DNA of 64,000 nt from a bacterium (lineage in GTDB: Bacteria > Patescibacteriota > Dojkabacteria > SC72). A program made the translations under genes and the position numbers. The stretch's first letter is position 1; every line of letters starts with the position of its first letter. The stretch spans positions 75,869 to 139,868 of the forward strand of contig JAJTYH010000003.1 in NCBI GenBank assembly GCA_021463465.1, given 5' to 3'. This document shows positions 9,949-18,366 of this stretch, piece by piece. The notes beneath the pieces are model-generated. The model was not told the DNA's origin. It made no database searches and saw only the letters and a list, made by a program, of their open reading frames with translations.

Positions 9949-10626
9949 ATGAATATACTCATTATAGAAGATTCGCCGAATGTTGCACATCTTGTGGGTT
10001 CAATAATAAGAAGCAAAGGGCATATTGAAAAACATCTCAAAAGTCCTGAGATTTCTCTTCAATATTTTAAAGATAATCTATTTGAAGTGGTAATAATAAA
10101 TACCAACCTTCAATACGGCACTCACAAACTAATCCGGGAAATACGAAGGTATGCTGAGAATACTTTTATCATAGGTGTTTCCACTAAGTCTACCTGGAAG
10201 GAAAAAGTCGAGTTTTTAAATGCGGGAGGAGATGATGTACTGGATTACCCTTTTCCTATGCAAGAGTTAGAAGCTCGGATAAATTCACTACTAAGAAGAC
10301 CGAAGAAAAACAATCAAGGGATATTAAAGGTTAAGAATGTAAGTATTAATACCGATTTAAAACAGGTAAATGTAGGGGCAAAACCAGTTCCACTTCGAAG
10401 AAGAGAATTTGCTCTCCTTGAATATATGGTTAAGAATAAAGAGCGAACTATAACCAGAGCAGAACTGCTTGACCATGTATGGGATTACCGAAGGTCAACC
10501 GGTTCTAACACCGTAGATGTCCACGTTAAAAGGTTAAGAGATAAATTGATGGATAAAGATTTGATAGAAACGGTGCACGGTTTTGGTTATGCAATGCGAG
10601 ATAAGAAGATCCCTAAAGCATCATAG
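9949..10626 (+). CDS. OmpR/PhoB-family response regulator with atypical (non-phosphorylatable) receiver domain
   Basis: Receiver plus winged-helix (TVDVHVKRLRDKL) architecture. Alignment to PhoB places Asn at the phospho-acceptor Asp53 position (VVIINTNL vs LILLDWML) and Tyr at Lys105 (DDVLDYPF vs DDYITKPF). Confidence 0.7.
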   Translation: MNILIIEDSPNVAHLVGSIIRSKGHIEKHLKSPEISLQYFKDNLFEVVIINTNLQYGTHKLIREIRRYAENTFIIGVSTKSTWKEKVEFLNAGGDDVLDYPFPMQELEARINSLLRRPKKNNQGILKVKNVSINTDLKQVNVGAKPVPLRRREFALLEYMVKNKERTITRAELLDHVWDYRRSTGSNTVDVHVKRLRDKLMDKDLIETVHGFGYAMRDKKIPKAS

Positions 10627-11743
10627 GCATAATCAAGTGCACGAAAGTATCATCACCTTTGATCTTGAATACACCTGGTTTGACAGGTTCTGAGCTTTCA
10701 AAAACAATCTCTTCTGCACCTATGTTATTAGCCATATCAGAAAGAAATTTAGAAGAGAAAGCCATCTTGATAGCATCGCCTTCTACCTTTCCTGCTACCA
10801 CACTCTTATTACTTCCGACATCAGAAAGAGTCGCAGACATGACTACATTGCTACCTTTAGGATCAATTTCTACGATAATCTTATTACCCAAAACGCTTCG
10901 AGCAATAATATTGGTAACCTTAAGTGAATTAGTAAATTCACTTGTACTTAATTGAACCTGAGTCTTAAAGACAGAAGGCAGGATCTGCTTGTAATCAGGA
11001 TACTGGCCATCAATTAAACGAGAGATAATGTCAACATCGTTATATCTGAAAAGGACTTGATTGCGATCTTCAATAACATAAACTTCCACGTCATCCTTGC
11101 CATCCTGCCCTGCAAATTCAGTAAGAACAAATGCAAGCTCTTGCATTGCCTTAACAGGAACTAAGAAGTGAGAATTCTCTTTAACTTCCGAAGAAAGCTT
11201 GATACTTTGCTTAGAAAGTCGAAGGCCATCGGCAGCTACAAAAGAAGCCGTTTTACCCTCCAACTCGATTTTAATACCAGTAAGTACAGGTTTAACATCG
11301 TCAGAAGCGGCAGCAAAAGCAACCCTATTAATAGATAACAACAAATCCTCTTTATTGAGTTTAAGAACAGGCTTTCCTCCTCCAGCAGTTGCTACTTTAG
11401 GATAATCATCAGCAGGAATTGTATGGAACTGAGCTGAATTGTTTACTGTACTAACATCTAGTACCTGTTTATCCAAAACAACATCAACCTTTTCAGAAGG
11501 AATACTGTTAACAAACTCAGAAATCTGTTTAGCAGGAACTGTAACTGCCCCTTCTGACTTACTCTCAATCCCAATCCATGTATTAATCCCTATCTCCAAA
11601 TCGGTAGCTGTCATTACCAACTTACCCTTCTGAACTTCAATGAGAATATTGCTTAAAATAGGAAGTCCAGGTTTACTGTTAACAACTCTACTTACCACAT
11701 TTAGATACTTGGCAAAAGTGTCTTGATTACAGGAGAATTGCAT
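10613..11743 (-). CDS. dnaN: DNA polymerase III subunit beta (sliding clamp)
   Basis: 376 aa. N-terminus MQFSCNQDTFAKYLNVVSRVV...LPILSNILIEV is typical of DnaN. Immediately downstream of dnaA. Confidence 0.85.
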   Translation of the reverse strand: MQFSCNQDTFAKYLNVVSRVVNSKPGLPILSNILIEVQKGKLVMTATDLEIGINTWIGIESKSEGAVTVPAKQISEFVNSIPSEKVDVVLDKQVLDVSTVNNSAQFHTIPADDYPKVATAGGGKPVLKLNKEDLLLSINRVAFAAASDDVKPVLTGIKIELEGKTASFVAADGLRLSKQSIKLSSEVKENSHFLVPVKAMQELAFVLTEFAGQDGKDDVEVYVIEDRNQVLFRYNDVDIISRLIDGQYPDYKQILPSVFKTQVQLSTSEFTNSLKVTNIIARSVLGNKIIVEIDPKGSNVVMSATLSDVGSNKSVVAGKVEGDAIKMAFSSKFLSDMANNIGAEEIVFESSEPVKPGVFKIKGDDTFVHLIMPMML

Positions 11744-12194
11744 ATTTTAGGACTTCACAAATTTAAACTCTTGGGGCTTAGTTCAGTATACATGATTGAC
11801 CTAGGGGTATCAAAGATTTTTTGTTAATCTTTAATTCCTTGAGTGTATCTAGAGATATATAATATAAAACAGTAGTAGTTGTAGTAGAGAGTGTAGATAT
11901 GTCTATAACTTTTAATTAAACGCGGGATTAAAAGTTTTCTCCCCTATTTTGAACTGTGTATAGAATTTTCCTAAGTAAACTGTGTAAAGTATAAAGAAGG
12001 TTTATGTGACAATTAAACTTTCAGGTGGATAACTTTTGAGGATAAATCTCCTGAATAATATCTTTATTTGTGGGTAATTAAATTAGAAAAAACCTTTAAT
12101 TAACTACAATAAACGATATTACGTGGTTTTCCTTTATGGATAACTCGCCAATTTATCCTTGAGTTATTCAAAGTTATCCACTTACTTATCCACA
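11744..12194. promoter_or_regulatory. Candidate chromosomal replication origin (oriC): DnaA boxes, GC cluster, TAG-triplet (DnaA-trio-like) run and AT-rich candidate DUE
   Basis: DnaA-box matches at 12024-12032, 12037-12045, 12069-12077, 12135-12143, 12174-12182 and 12186-12194 (the last is a perfect TTATCCACA). TAG-repeat at 11873-11896, CGCGGG at 11921-11926, AT-rich stretch 11821-11870. Confidence 0.6.
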
Positions 12195-13604
12195 TCACGC
12201 AAGAAGTGCTTTGCACTTTTCAATCTTTTCTTTGAAACGAACCTCTTTTTCAATCATTTCACCTATCTTCTCACAAGCATGAAGTACAGTGGTATGGTCT
12301 TTGCGATTAACTTCCTTTGCGACTTTCTCAAGAGGTAGTTGCAACTCTTCTCTTAAAAGATACATGATGACTTGTCTAGCTCTTGCTAAGTATGAAGTTC
12401 GACTTTTTCCCTTGATCTCTTTTTGAGTTACATCGAAAACTTCACAAACCGCGTCTATAACTCTCTCAGGCTTAATTCTCTTGCGCTTACTTTCAATATC
12501 AAACTGTAGATATTTTGCGATATTTTCGGCATTAGGCTCTTCTCCAAACTTACTCATAGACAAAATCTTAGTAATTGCTCCCTCTAATTCACGTACGTTA
12601 CTTTCGATGTTTTTAGCTATCAATTCTAGAATCTCAGTTTCAATACTGACCCCCTTCTCTTCCAATAGATACTTAAGAATAGCCATTCTCGTTTCAATGT
12701 CCGGAGATTGGATATCAGCTACCATTCCTCCCTCAAACCTTGATCTTAAACGATCCGTTAGATTTTTTATTTCTCTTGGTGGACGGTCTGCTGCCAATAC
12801 AATCTGCTTATTGGCCAGATAGAGTGAATTAAAGGTATTGAAAAGCTCTTCTTGAGTTTTGGCGTAAGTTTCTACGAACTGAATGTCATCAATAATTAAA
12901 AGATCAATCTCCCTGTACTTTTTTCTGAACACTTCATTAGTTTTCCCTCTAATTGAATCAATCATTTCGTTTAAGAACTGTTCGATTGGTACGTACATCA
13001 CTTTCTTATCTGGATATTTTTGAAGGATTTCATTACCAATAGATTGCATGAGATGTGTCTTGCCTACTCCGGTGGGTCCGTAGTAGAAGACTGGGTTATA
13101 AGCCCTGCCTAGATCCGCCACAACTGCCTCTGCCACCGCGTAAGCGAGTTTGTTGTGTGCACCAACCACAAAGTTGGCGAAACGGTATTTGGGATTAAGC
13201 TGTGACCTTCTGGATTTGTTTTCTGGGTCGACTGCTTTTGTTGGCATTTGGAAGATTGAAACCGTCTCAGAAGTGTCTTCTGGAGTTATATCTTTAATAA
13301 ATGATGAACGTACGGTGAAAACTAGTTCTAAGTTCTGTCCTGTAGCTGAGAGTAATGATTTTCTAATCACTGCGCGATGGTACATTTCTAACCATTCACG
13401 TTTAAAGCCCTGGTCGCATGAAATCTCTGCCATGCCATTCTCAATCTTTGATAAGTACACGCCACCAAACCATGAGTCGTATTCTCTTTTGGATATGTAG
13501 AGGCGAATATTCTCAGATACGATTTTCCAGATATCATCGATATCAAAAGTATTCTGAGGTGTTTTTGCGGCTTTTAAATTCGGCTTTTCTATATCAGCAC
13601 TCAT
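12195..13604 (-). CDS. dnaA: Chromosomal replication initiator protein DnaA
   Basis: Walker A GPTGVGKTH, AAA+ core, and a C-terminal domain IV signature (VIMYLLREELQLPLEKVAKEVNRKDHTTVLHACEKI). Confidence 0.95.
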   Translation of the reverse strand: MSADIEKPNLKAAKTPQNTFDIDDIWKIVSENIRLYISKREYDSWFGGVYLSKIENGMAEISCDQGFKREWLEMYHRAVIRKSLLSATGQNLELVFTVRSSFIKDITPEDTSETVSIFQMPTKAVDPENKSRRSQLNPKYRFANFVVGAHNKLAYAVAEAVVADLGRAYNPVFYYGPTGVGKTHLMQSIGNEILQKYPDKKVMYVPIEQFLNEMIDSIRGKTNEVFRKKYREIDLLIIDDIQFVETYAKTQEELFNTFNSLYLANKQIVLAADRPPREIKNLTDRLRSRFEGGMVADIQSPDIETRMAILKYLLEEKGVSIETEILELIAKNIESNVRELEGAITKILSMSKFGEEPNAENIAKYLQFDIESKRKRIKPERVIDAVCEVFDVTQKEIKGKSRTSYLARARQVIMYLLREELQLPLEKVAKEVNRKDHTTVLHACEKIGEMIEKEVRFKEKIEKCKALLA

Positions 13605-13670
13605 AATCTAAAAGGATTAATGTTTGAGGGGGGCGGTACCAAAAACTAGACAATTCTTATTTATCAGATT

Positions 13671-13702
13671 TGTGGATAACTTGTAAAGGGGGTTGTGGAT
13701 AA
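13671..13702. promoter_or_regulatory. Two perfect DnaA boxes (TGTGGATAA at 13671-13679 and 13694-13702) in the dnaA upstream region
   Basis: Direct repeat TTGTGGATAAC x2 within the 142-bp gap upstream of dnaA. It overlaps a candidate TTACAA-17-TAAATA promoter on the minus strand, which would allow autoregulation. Confidence 0.55.
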
Positions 13703-13746
13703 CCTCGTTATCAAGGCTTTCGGGTTCACTCTTTTTGCCGTAGATA

Positions 13747-15942
13747 TTATTTTTTTAGTCCTAGCTGTTCGAATACGTTAAGGCTTTGAGTTCTCTTCGC
13801 AGTCTTAACTTTCTGTTTAATTGGAATCTTTACGGTGAAAACGGAACCTTTTCCTGGCTCGCTTTGAACATCAAACTTTCCTCCGTGTTTCTCTACAATC
13901 CCAATACTTACATATAGACCAAGACCCGTTCCTCCTGGCCTGGTTACTAGATGTTTTTCCGCAGTGTCGGCTCTATAAAACTTTTCTCCAAGGTGTTTCA
14001 ATCCCTCTTTGGAAATACCTACACCACTGTCTTTTATCTCTATTATATAACTTCCTTTCTCTTTAGAAAGTTCTACTTGGATCTCACCTTCGTGTGTGTA
14101 TTTAACTGCGTTACTTATAAGATTATCGAAAACCTCAAGCATTCGGGTTTTATCGATCTCAATCTCCCAAGCTTCTGCTCCCTTTGGAGTTTTAAATAAA
14201 AACTTTAGTCCTTTTTTGTTGATGTCGTGAATGTGCGCTTCGTAGCTTTCCCTTAAAGTTTCAACGATTTTAAAAGTCTCAATGCTAAGCTCCAGTTTAT
14301 TCTGATCTAATTTGGTCGCACCAAGCAGCGAATTTATAAGTCTCCCTTCTCTCAGAATCGCAGAGCTAATGTTATTAATGTAATTGTCTAAGGTAGAAAG
14401 TAATTTAGAACCTTTGAGCTTTTGTATCATTAGTTCAAATTGAAGCCGAATGATACTAATAGGTGTTCTTAGTTCGTGGCCCATGATATCAATCATGTCC
14501 CTTTCTCTTTGTTGTGCAGCAAGCAATAGTTCATATTTCTCATTGATTTCTTTAGTTTGATTTTTTACTTTCTGCTCAAGTTCTAAGTTGAATTTAGTAA
14601 CTTCTGAATAAAGGTCGGCTCGAGATATGCTGATTGAAGCATTTTGAGCCAGTAGTTGGATTAATTCATACTCTTTCGATTCTAAGGAGATATTCCCTCC
14701 TGAAAGCTTCACTAAACCGAAAATGCCCTTATCTTTTAATAAGGGTATTATGAGGATAATTTTCTTTTCAATAAGTGTTCGGAAGTATTTTTCTAGCCAC
14801 GGGGCAAAGTTCTTGTTTGAATAACTTCTGTCAATAACAATTTCAGGAGTGATTGGTTCTGTTGAATCATTCTCTTTCCACCATTTCATTGTAAGTTCAG
14901 TCACAGAATCTTTTGAATTTGGGGTGAACTCAATTTTTATTTCAGTTCGAGGAAACATTGACATCAAGGTTTTTTTTAACTCTTCCTTGATTTTTGGGCG
15001 TTCGAAAATTGTTGCAGTTTTAGAGTTGAATTCGAGGACTTGTCCTTTTAATCGCTCAAATCCTACCTGTGTGGATTTAATGAATTCGTTTCCTATCAGA
15101 TATAGGATAGATAGCAGAGTTATTGCTGAAAGAACAACTCCTAAGGTACTTATTTCATCTTGATATCTTTGAAATATGTATACAGCGGAAGTAGTTAAAA
15201 TAGACAAAAGTATTATTGTTAGGATTCTAACAATATCCTCGCGGATATCAGCAAGGAAAGCTTTGATAAAAAACGTTTGGTTAGTAACGTAAAGAAGTAG
15301 CCCAAGGGAGATAAAAGCTGTTGGTCCATATTCAATTAGTCCTACTGCAGGAAAATAAGTGAGGCCAATTCCCAAGGAGACATACACAATTGCTAACGTA
15401 GTAACCAAAACAAATATTTGGCTACGCTGTGTCCGAGTGTAATTTTTGATGTTGCCGAACCAATGGGTAAGTGCAGTTATTAGTATAATGATGGCATAAA
15501 GGAGAGATACTGAATAAAACCCCCCAGGCGCATATTCGGCGGGGCCGTCCATAACAATTTTGAAGGCAGTAAGGTTATTGTCGGAATTTATTCCAAAAGC
15601 AAAGACTCCTGTAAGTAGGATAGTCCCTATAAGAATAAGGTTTACAAAAAGAGATCTTTTTCGATTGATGCTTTGAGGGAAAATAGATGCGATTCCTAAA
15701 AATGCTGACATGAAGTTCAATGGAAAAAGGATTGCTAGACGTGCTGAAGTTGAAGCTATCTCGTAATTCTTGGAAAGGTCCGCCACCGCATTTGTAATTA
15801 TCCATCCAAAAACCGTGAGTAGAAGATAGAGATAAAGCAGCTGTTCGGAACCTTTGAGATTCTGTCTCCGTTTAAGGAAAGAAAATAGGTTTATTCCCAG
15901 CGTAAGCAGTACGAAGGCGTAGATTATGTATAAATTGATCAC
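13747..15942 (-). CDS. Sensor histidine kinase with N-terminal polytopic (about 7TM) membrane domain
   Basis: About 7 hydrophobic helices in the first ~290 aa, an H-box MGHELRTPIS, and the HATPase_c G2 box GGTGLGLYVSIGIVEKHGG. Confidence 0.8.
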   Translation of the reverse strand: MINLYIIYAFVLLTLGINLFSFLKRRQNLKGSEQLLYLYLLLTVFGWIITNAVADLSKNYEIASTSARLAILFPLNFMSAFLGIASIFPQSINRKRSLFVNLILIGTILLTGVFAFGINSDNNLTAFKIVMDGPAEYAPGGFYSVSLLYAIIILITALTHWFGNIKNYTRTQRSQIFVLVTTLAIVYVSLGIGLTYFPAVGLIEYGPTAFISLGLLLYVTNQTFFIKAFLADIREDIVRILTIILLSILTTSAVYIFQRYQDEISTLGVVLSAITLLSILYLIGNEFIKSTQVGFERLKGQVLEFNSKTATIFERPKIKEELKKTLMSMFPRTEIKIEFTPNSKDSVTELTMKWWKENDSTEPITPEIVIDRSYSNKNFAPWLEKYFRTLIEKKIILIIPLLKDKGIFGLVKLSGGNISLESKEYELIQLLAQNASISISRADLYSEVTKFNLELEQKVKNQTKEINEKYELLLAAQQRERDMIDIMGHELRTPISIIRLQFELMIQKLKGSKLLSTLDNYINNISSAILREGRLINSLLGATKLDQNKLELSIETFKIVETLRESYEAHIHDINKKGLKFLFKTPKGAEAWEIEIDKTRMLEVFDNLISNAVKYTHEGEIQVELSKEKGSYIIEIKDSGVGISKEGLKHLGEKFYRADTAEKHLVTRPGGTGLGLYVSIGIVEKHGGKFDVQSEPGKGSVFTVKIPIKQKVKTAKRTQSLNVFEQLGLKK

Positions 15943-15947
15943 TTCCT

Positions 15948-17033
15948 CTATTTAAAAATTTTTGGGAAGGGTTTCATTTGGAATTGCTCAAATACTGAGG
16001 TATAGGCTCCGGCTTGTTCTATAGCAATGACCTCGCCTACTCTGAGGTCGCTTGGCAGTAAAACCCTTTGCCTAATAATATCATATCCGTCGCAAGAATA
16101 GCCTCCTAGTTTGAAGTATTTTAACTTCCCTCTTTTGCTCATGTTTTGAACAGTAACAGGGTATTCAAATCCTTCTAACGCTTCAATTACTCCCCCGAAA
16201 ACGCTAGTGTCCAAGACTGCGAGTGGGGGTCTTTTGTAAGGTTTAATGTCAATTACTTTGGTATATAAGGTCATAACATTTGCTACCATTGCTCTTCCTG
16301 GCTCCAAATATAATTTCAAATTTGGATGTCTTGTTTTTAGTTTGACGATTCGAGCGATTAACTTGTCAATATAAAAATCTAAAGGTTTAACCTCTGGTGA
16401 GTATTTTGCTGGTATTCCTCCTCCTAAATTCAATCTTTCTATCACAATTCCCTTTCTTCCAGCGTAATCAATACAAGACAGCGCCGTCTTTATTGCGGTG
16501 TCCCATGAACTGAGATCTATATTTTGTGAGCCAATATGAAAAGAAACTCCCGCAATATTCCAACCGTTCTTACTGGCCTTACTAATGATTTTTTTGAAAT
16601 AGGTTTCTGTCATCCCAAATTTCTCAGACAGGTTGAAGGCCGCGGCTTTATTTGAAGTTCCTATTCTTGCAAAGATCAATGGATTTTTGACATGTCGGTA
16701 TATCTTTAGAATTTCTTCTTCTGAGTCGACTGTAAATATCTTAACGCCCTTTTTTGCTGCATACTCTACGTCGTCTTCCATCTTTGATGGAGCTGAAAAC
16801 GAGATGTTCTCTGGAGTGGATCCTGATTTCAGTGCGAGTTCTATTTCTTCTGCCGATGCCACATCAAACCCAAACCCACTTTTAATTAACGAATTTACAA
16901 TATCGAAATAGTTATTGGCTTTTAATGCGAAAAGGATATCAACCCCTAAACTTTGGATTTTTGTGAACTGAGCAATGTTTTCTCTAAAAGATTTGTCGTC
17001 AAAGATAAAAAATGGAGTTTTATAGTTTTTCAT
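15948..17033 (-). CDS. Type III (alanine-racemase fold) PLP-dependent decarboxylase, Orn/DAP/Arg/carboxynorspermidine decarboxylase family
   Basis: FALKAN (PLP Lys), HIGSQ and EPGRAMVA motifs. 361 aa. Confidence 0.7.
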   Translation of the reverse strand: MKNYKTPFFIFDDKSFRENIAQFTKIQSLGVDILFALKANNYFDIVNSLIKSGFGFDVASAEEIELALKSGSTPENISFSAPSKMEDDVEYAAKKGVKIFTVDSEEEILKIYRHVKNPLIFARIGTSNKAAAFNLSEKFGMTETYFKKIISKASKNGWNIAGVSFHIGSQNIDLSSWDTAIKTALSCIDYAGRKGIVIERLNLGGGIPAKYSPEVKPLDFYIDKLIARIVKLKTRHPNLKLYLEPGRAMVANVMTLYTKVIDIKPYKRPPLAVLDTSVFGGVIEALEGFEYPVTVQNMSKRGKLKYFKLGGYSCDGYDIIRQRVLLPSDLRVGEVIAIEQAGAYTSVFEQFQMKPFPKIFK

Positions 17034-17044
17034 ATTTAATTCTA

Positions 17045-18070
17045 TTAGGTGAGATTAAGCTTCAGAACTCCAAAAACCATTGGAATTCCTTTAAAGGAGG
17101 GGATTATCTTTTCTTCCGTATAGTTGATACCTTTCCCAACAGTCTTCCTGGCGGTATAGTTTGCTACAGTCGCTAAACCTTTTTCAGCTACCAACGTTCC
17201 ATGGAGTGTGAAATAAACCATCTGTTTTGGAAGCTTGTCTCTTTCACCTCCTACAATTTGAGTAAAGTACTCTATTCCTGCCTTTAATGTTATTTCGTCC
17301 ATAGCTTGTCCTGACTCGACTTTACCTATCTCGGCTAGGTATATGGTTGAAGCGTTATCTTCTAGCGCTGCTTGTCCAAGAACTTTTTGAAGTTCGTTTG
17401 GCTCTAGGTAATGAGAAAGCTCATCAGCTAATTGCTGATTTACCCCAGAAGTGCTTTCGTACTCGATTGCTCTTATCCTAGCCACAGCAAGAGGTAGTGC
17501 AATATTAACATCCTTACTCTTGCCTAATCTTTGGAAGATAACATTAGGTGAGCCTCGTTGAATGCCTCCTAGCATAACAAGAGAATGTGGATTATCCATT
17601 TCCCTTAAATATGCGTCTAATAATTTTTTTGTGGGGTATTCAGTTCTTATAACAACATTTTGCTCATTACTTGCTGCAAGCGATTCTCTTAGTGCAGAGA
17701 TTTCTCGCATCTCTTCTGGGAGTATCCATTTAGCTTGTATATACCCTTCTATTGCTTCGTATTCAAGGAATGCATCTATGGTATTCAAAATATGCTGTCT
17801 GTCAATTTCCCATCGCTCTGTCCATCTCCCTTCACTGATGTCTGATTGAGTACCGTTCGTATACAATAGCTTGATAAGAGAGTTTGTTACTTCAGGTATT
17901 CTTAGGAGTGGGCCAACTACCTCACCATTTACTGACCACTCTTCACTTAAAGGAGGTTTCGAGAATACAGATGTAACCACAGCTACGCTTTGAATTACCT
18001 CTTCAGGATATTCTGCTTGTTCGTAAACTTTCTGGTGATCAAGTTTTGTTGCGCCATTAAGATCAAACAT
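17045..18070 (-). CDS. Hypothetical protein (341 aa), no recognised domain
   Basis: ORF with typical codon usage, contiguous with the decarboxylase gene. No motifs recognised by eye. Confidence 0.3.
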   Translation of the reverse strand: MFDLNGATKLDHQKVYEQAEYPEEVIQSVAVVTSVFSKPPLSEEWSVNGEVVGPLLRIPEVTNSLIKLLYTNGTQSDISEGRWTERWEIDRQHILNTIDAFLEYEAIEGYIQAKWILPEEMREISALRESLAASNEQNVVIRTEYPTKKLLDAYLREMDNPHSLVMLGGIQRGSPNVIFQRLGKSKDVNIALPLAVARIRAIEYESTSGVNQQLADELSHYLEPNELQKVLGQAALEDNASTIYLAEIGKVESGQAMDEITLKAGIEYFTQIVGGERDKLPKQMVYFTLHGTLVAEKGLATVANYTARKTVGKGINYTEEKIIPSFKGIPMVFGVLKLNLT

Positions 18071-18122
18071 ATCTGGCTATTATACACCGAAGTGCTAGGC
18101 TTTTCCTCTATCGGATATACCG

Positions 18123-18151
18123 TTTACACGGATAGATACATAATATATAAT
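18123..18151 (+). promoter_or_regulatory. Candidate sigma-70 promoter for the rpmH operon (TTTACA-17-TATAAT)
   Basis: -35 TTTACA at 18123-18128, 17-nt spacer, -10 TATAAT at 18146-18151, about 28 nt upstream of the rpmH ATG. Confidence 0.4.
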
Positions 18152-18179
18152 TGGCCTGCTTCAAGTGAATAACTAGCTA

Positions 18180-18362
18180 ATGAAAAGAACATATCAACCA
18201 AAAAAACGAAGAAGACTCTCAACACTGGGCTTTCTAGCCCGCAGTGCTTCCAAGTCTGGAAGAAAGGTATTACAACGAAGACGAGCCAAGGGTAGAAAAT
18301 CTCTTACAGTTTCTGAAGAGTTTAAACTACTAAGAAAGAAGCCAAGAGCTGGCATCAGGTAA
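18180..18362 (+). CDS. rpmH: 50S ribosomal protein L34
   Basis: [40 protein letters not shown] is a canonical L34 sequence. Confidence 0.9.
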   Translation: MKRTYQPKKRRRLSTLGFLARSASKSGRKVLQRRRAKGRKSLTVSEEFKLLRKKPRAGIR

Positions 18363-18366
18363 TCCA

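Noticed and set aside
11897-12023. Additional DnaA boxes between the TAG run and the first strong box (e.g. TGTGTATAG at ~11958, TGTGTAAAG at ~11984)
   Set aside because: These have 2-3 mismatches to the 9-mer consensus, too weak to call without a PWM score. They are mentioned only as possible low-affinity sites.
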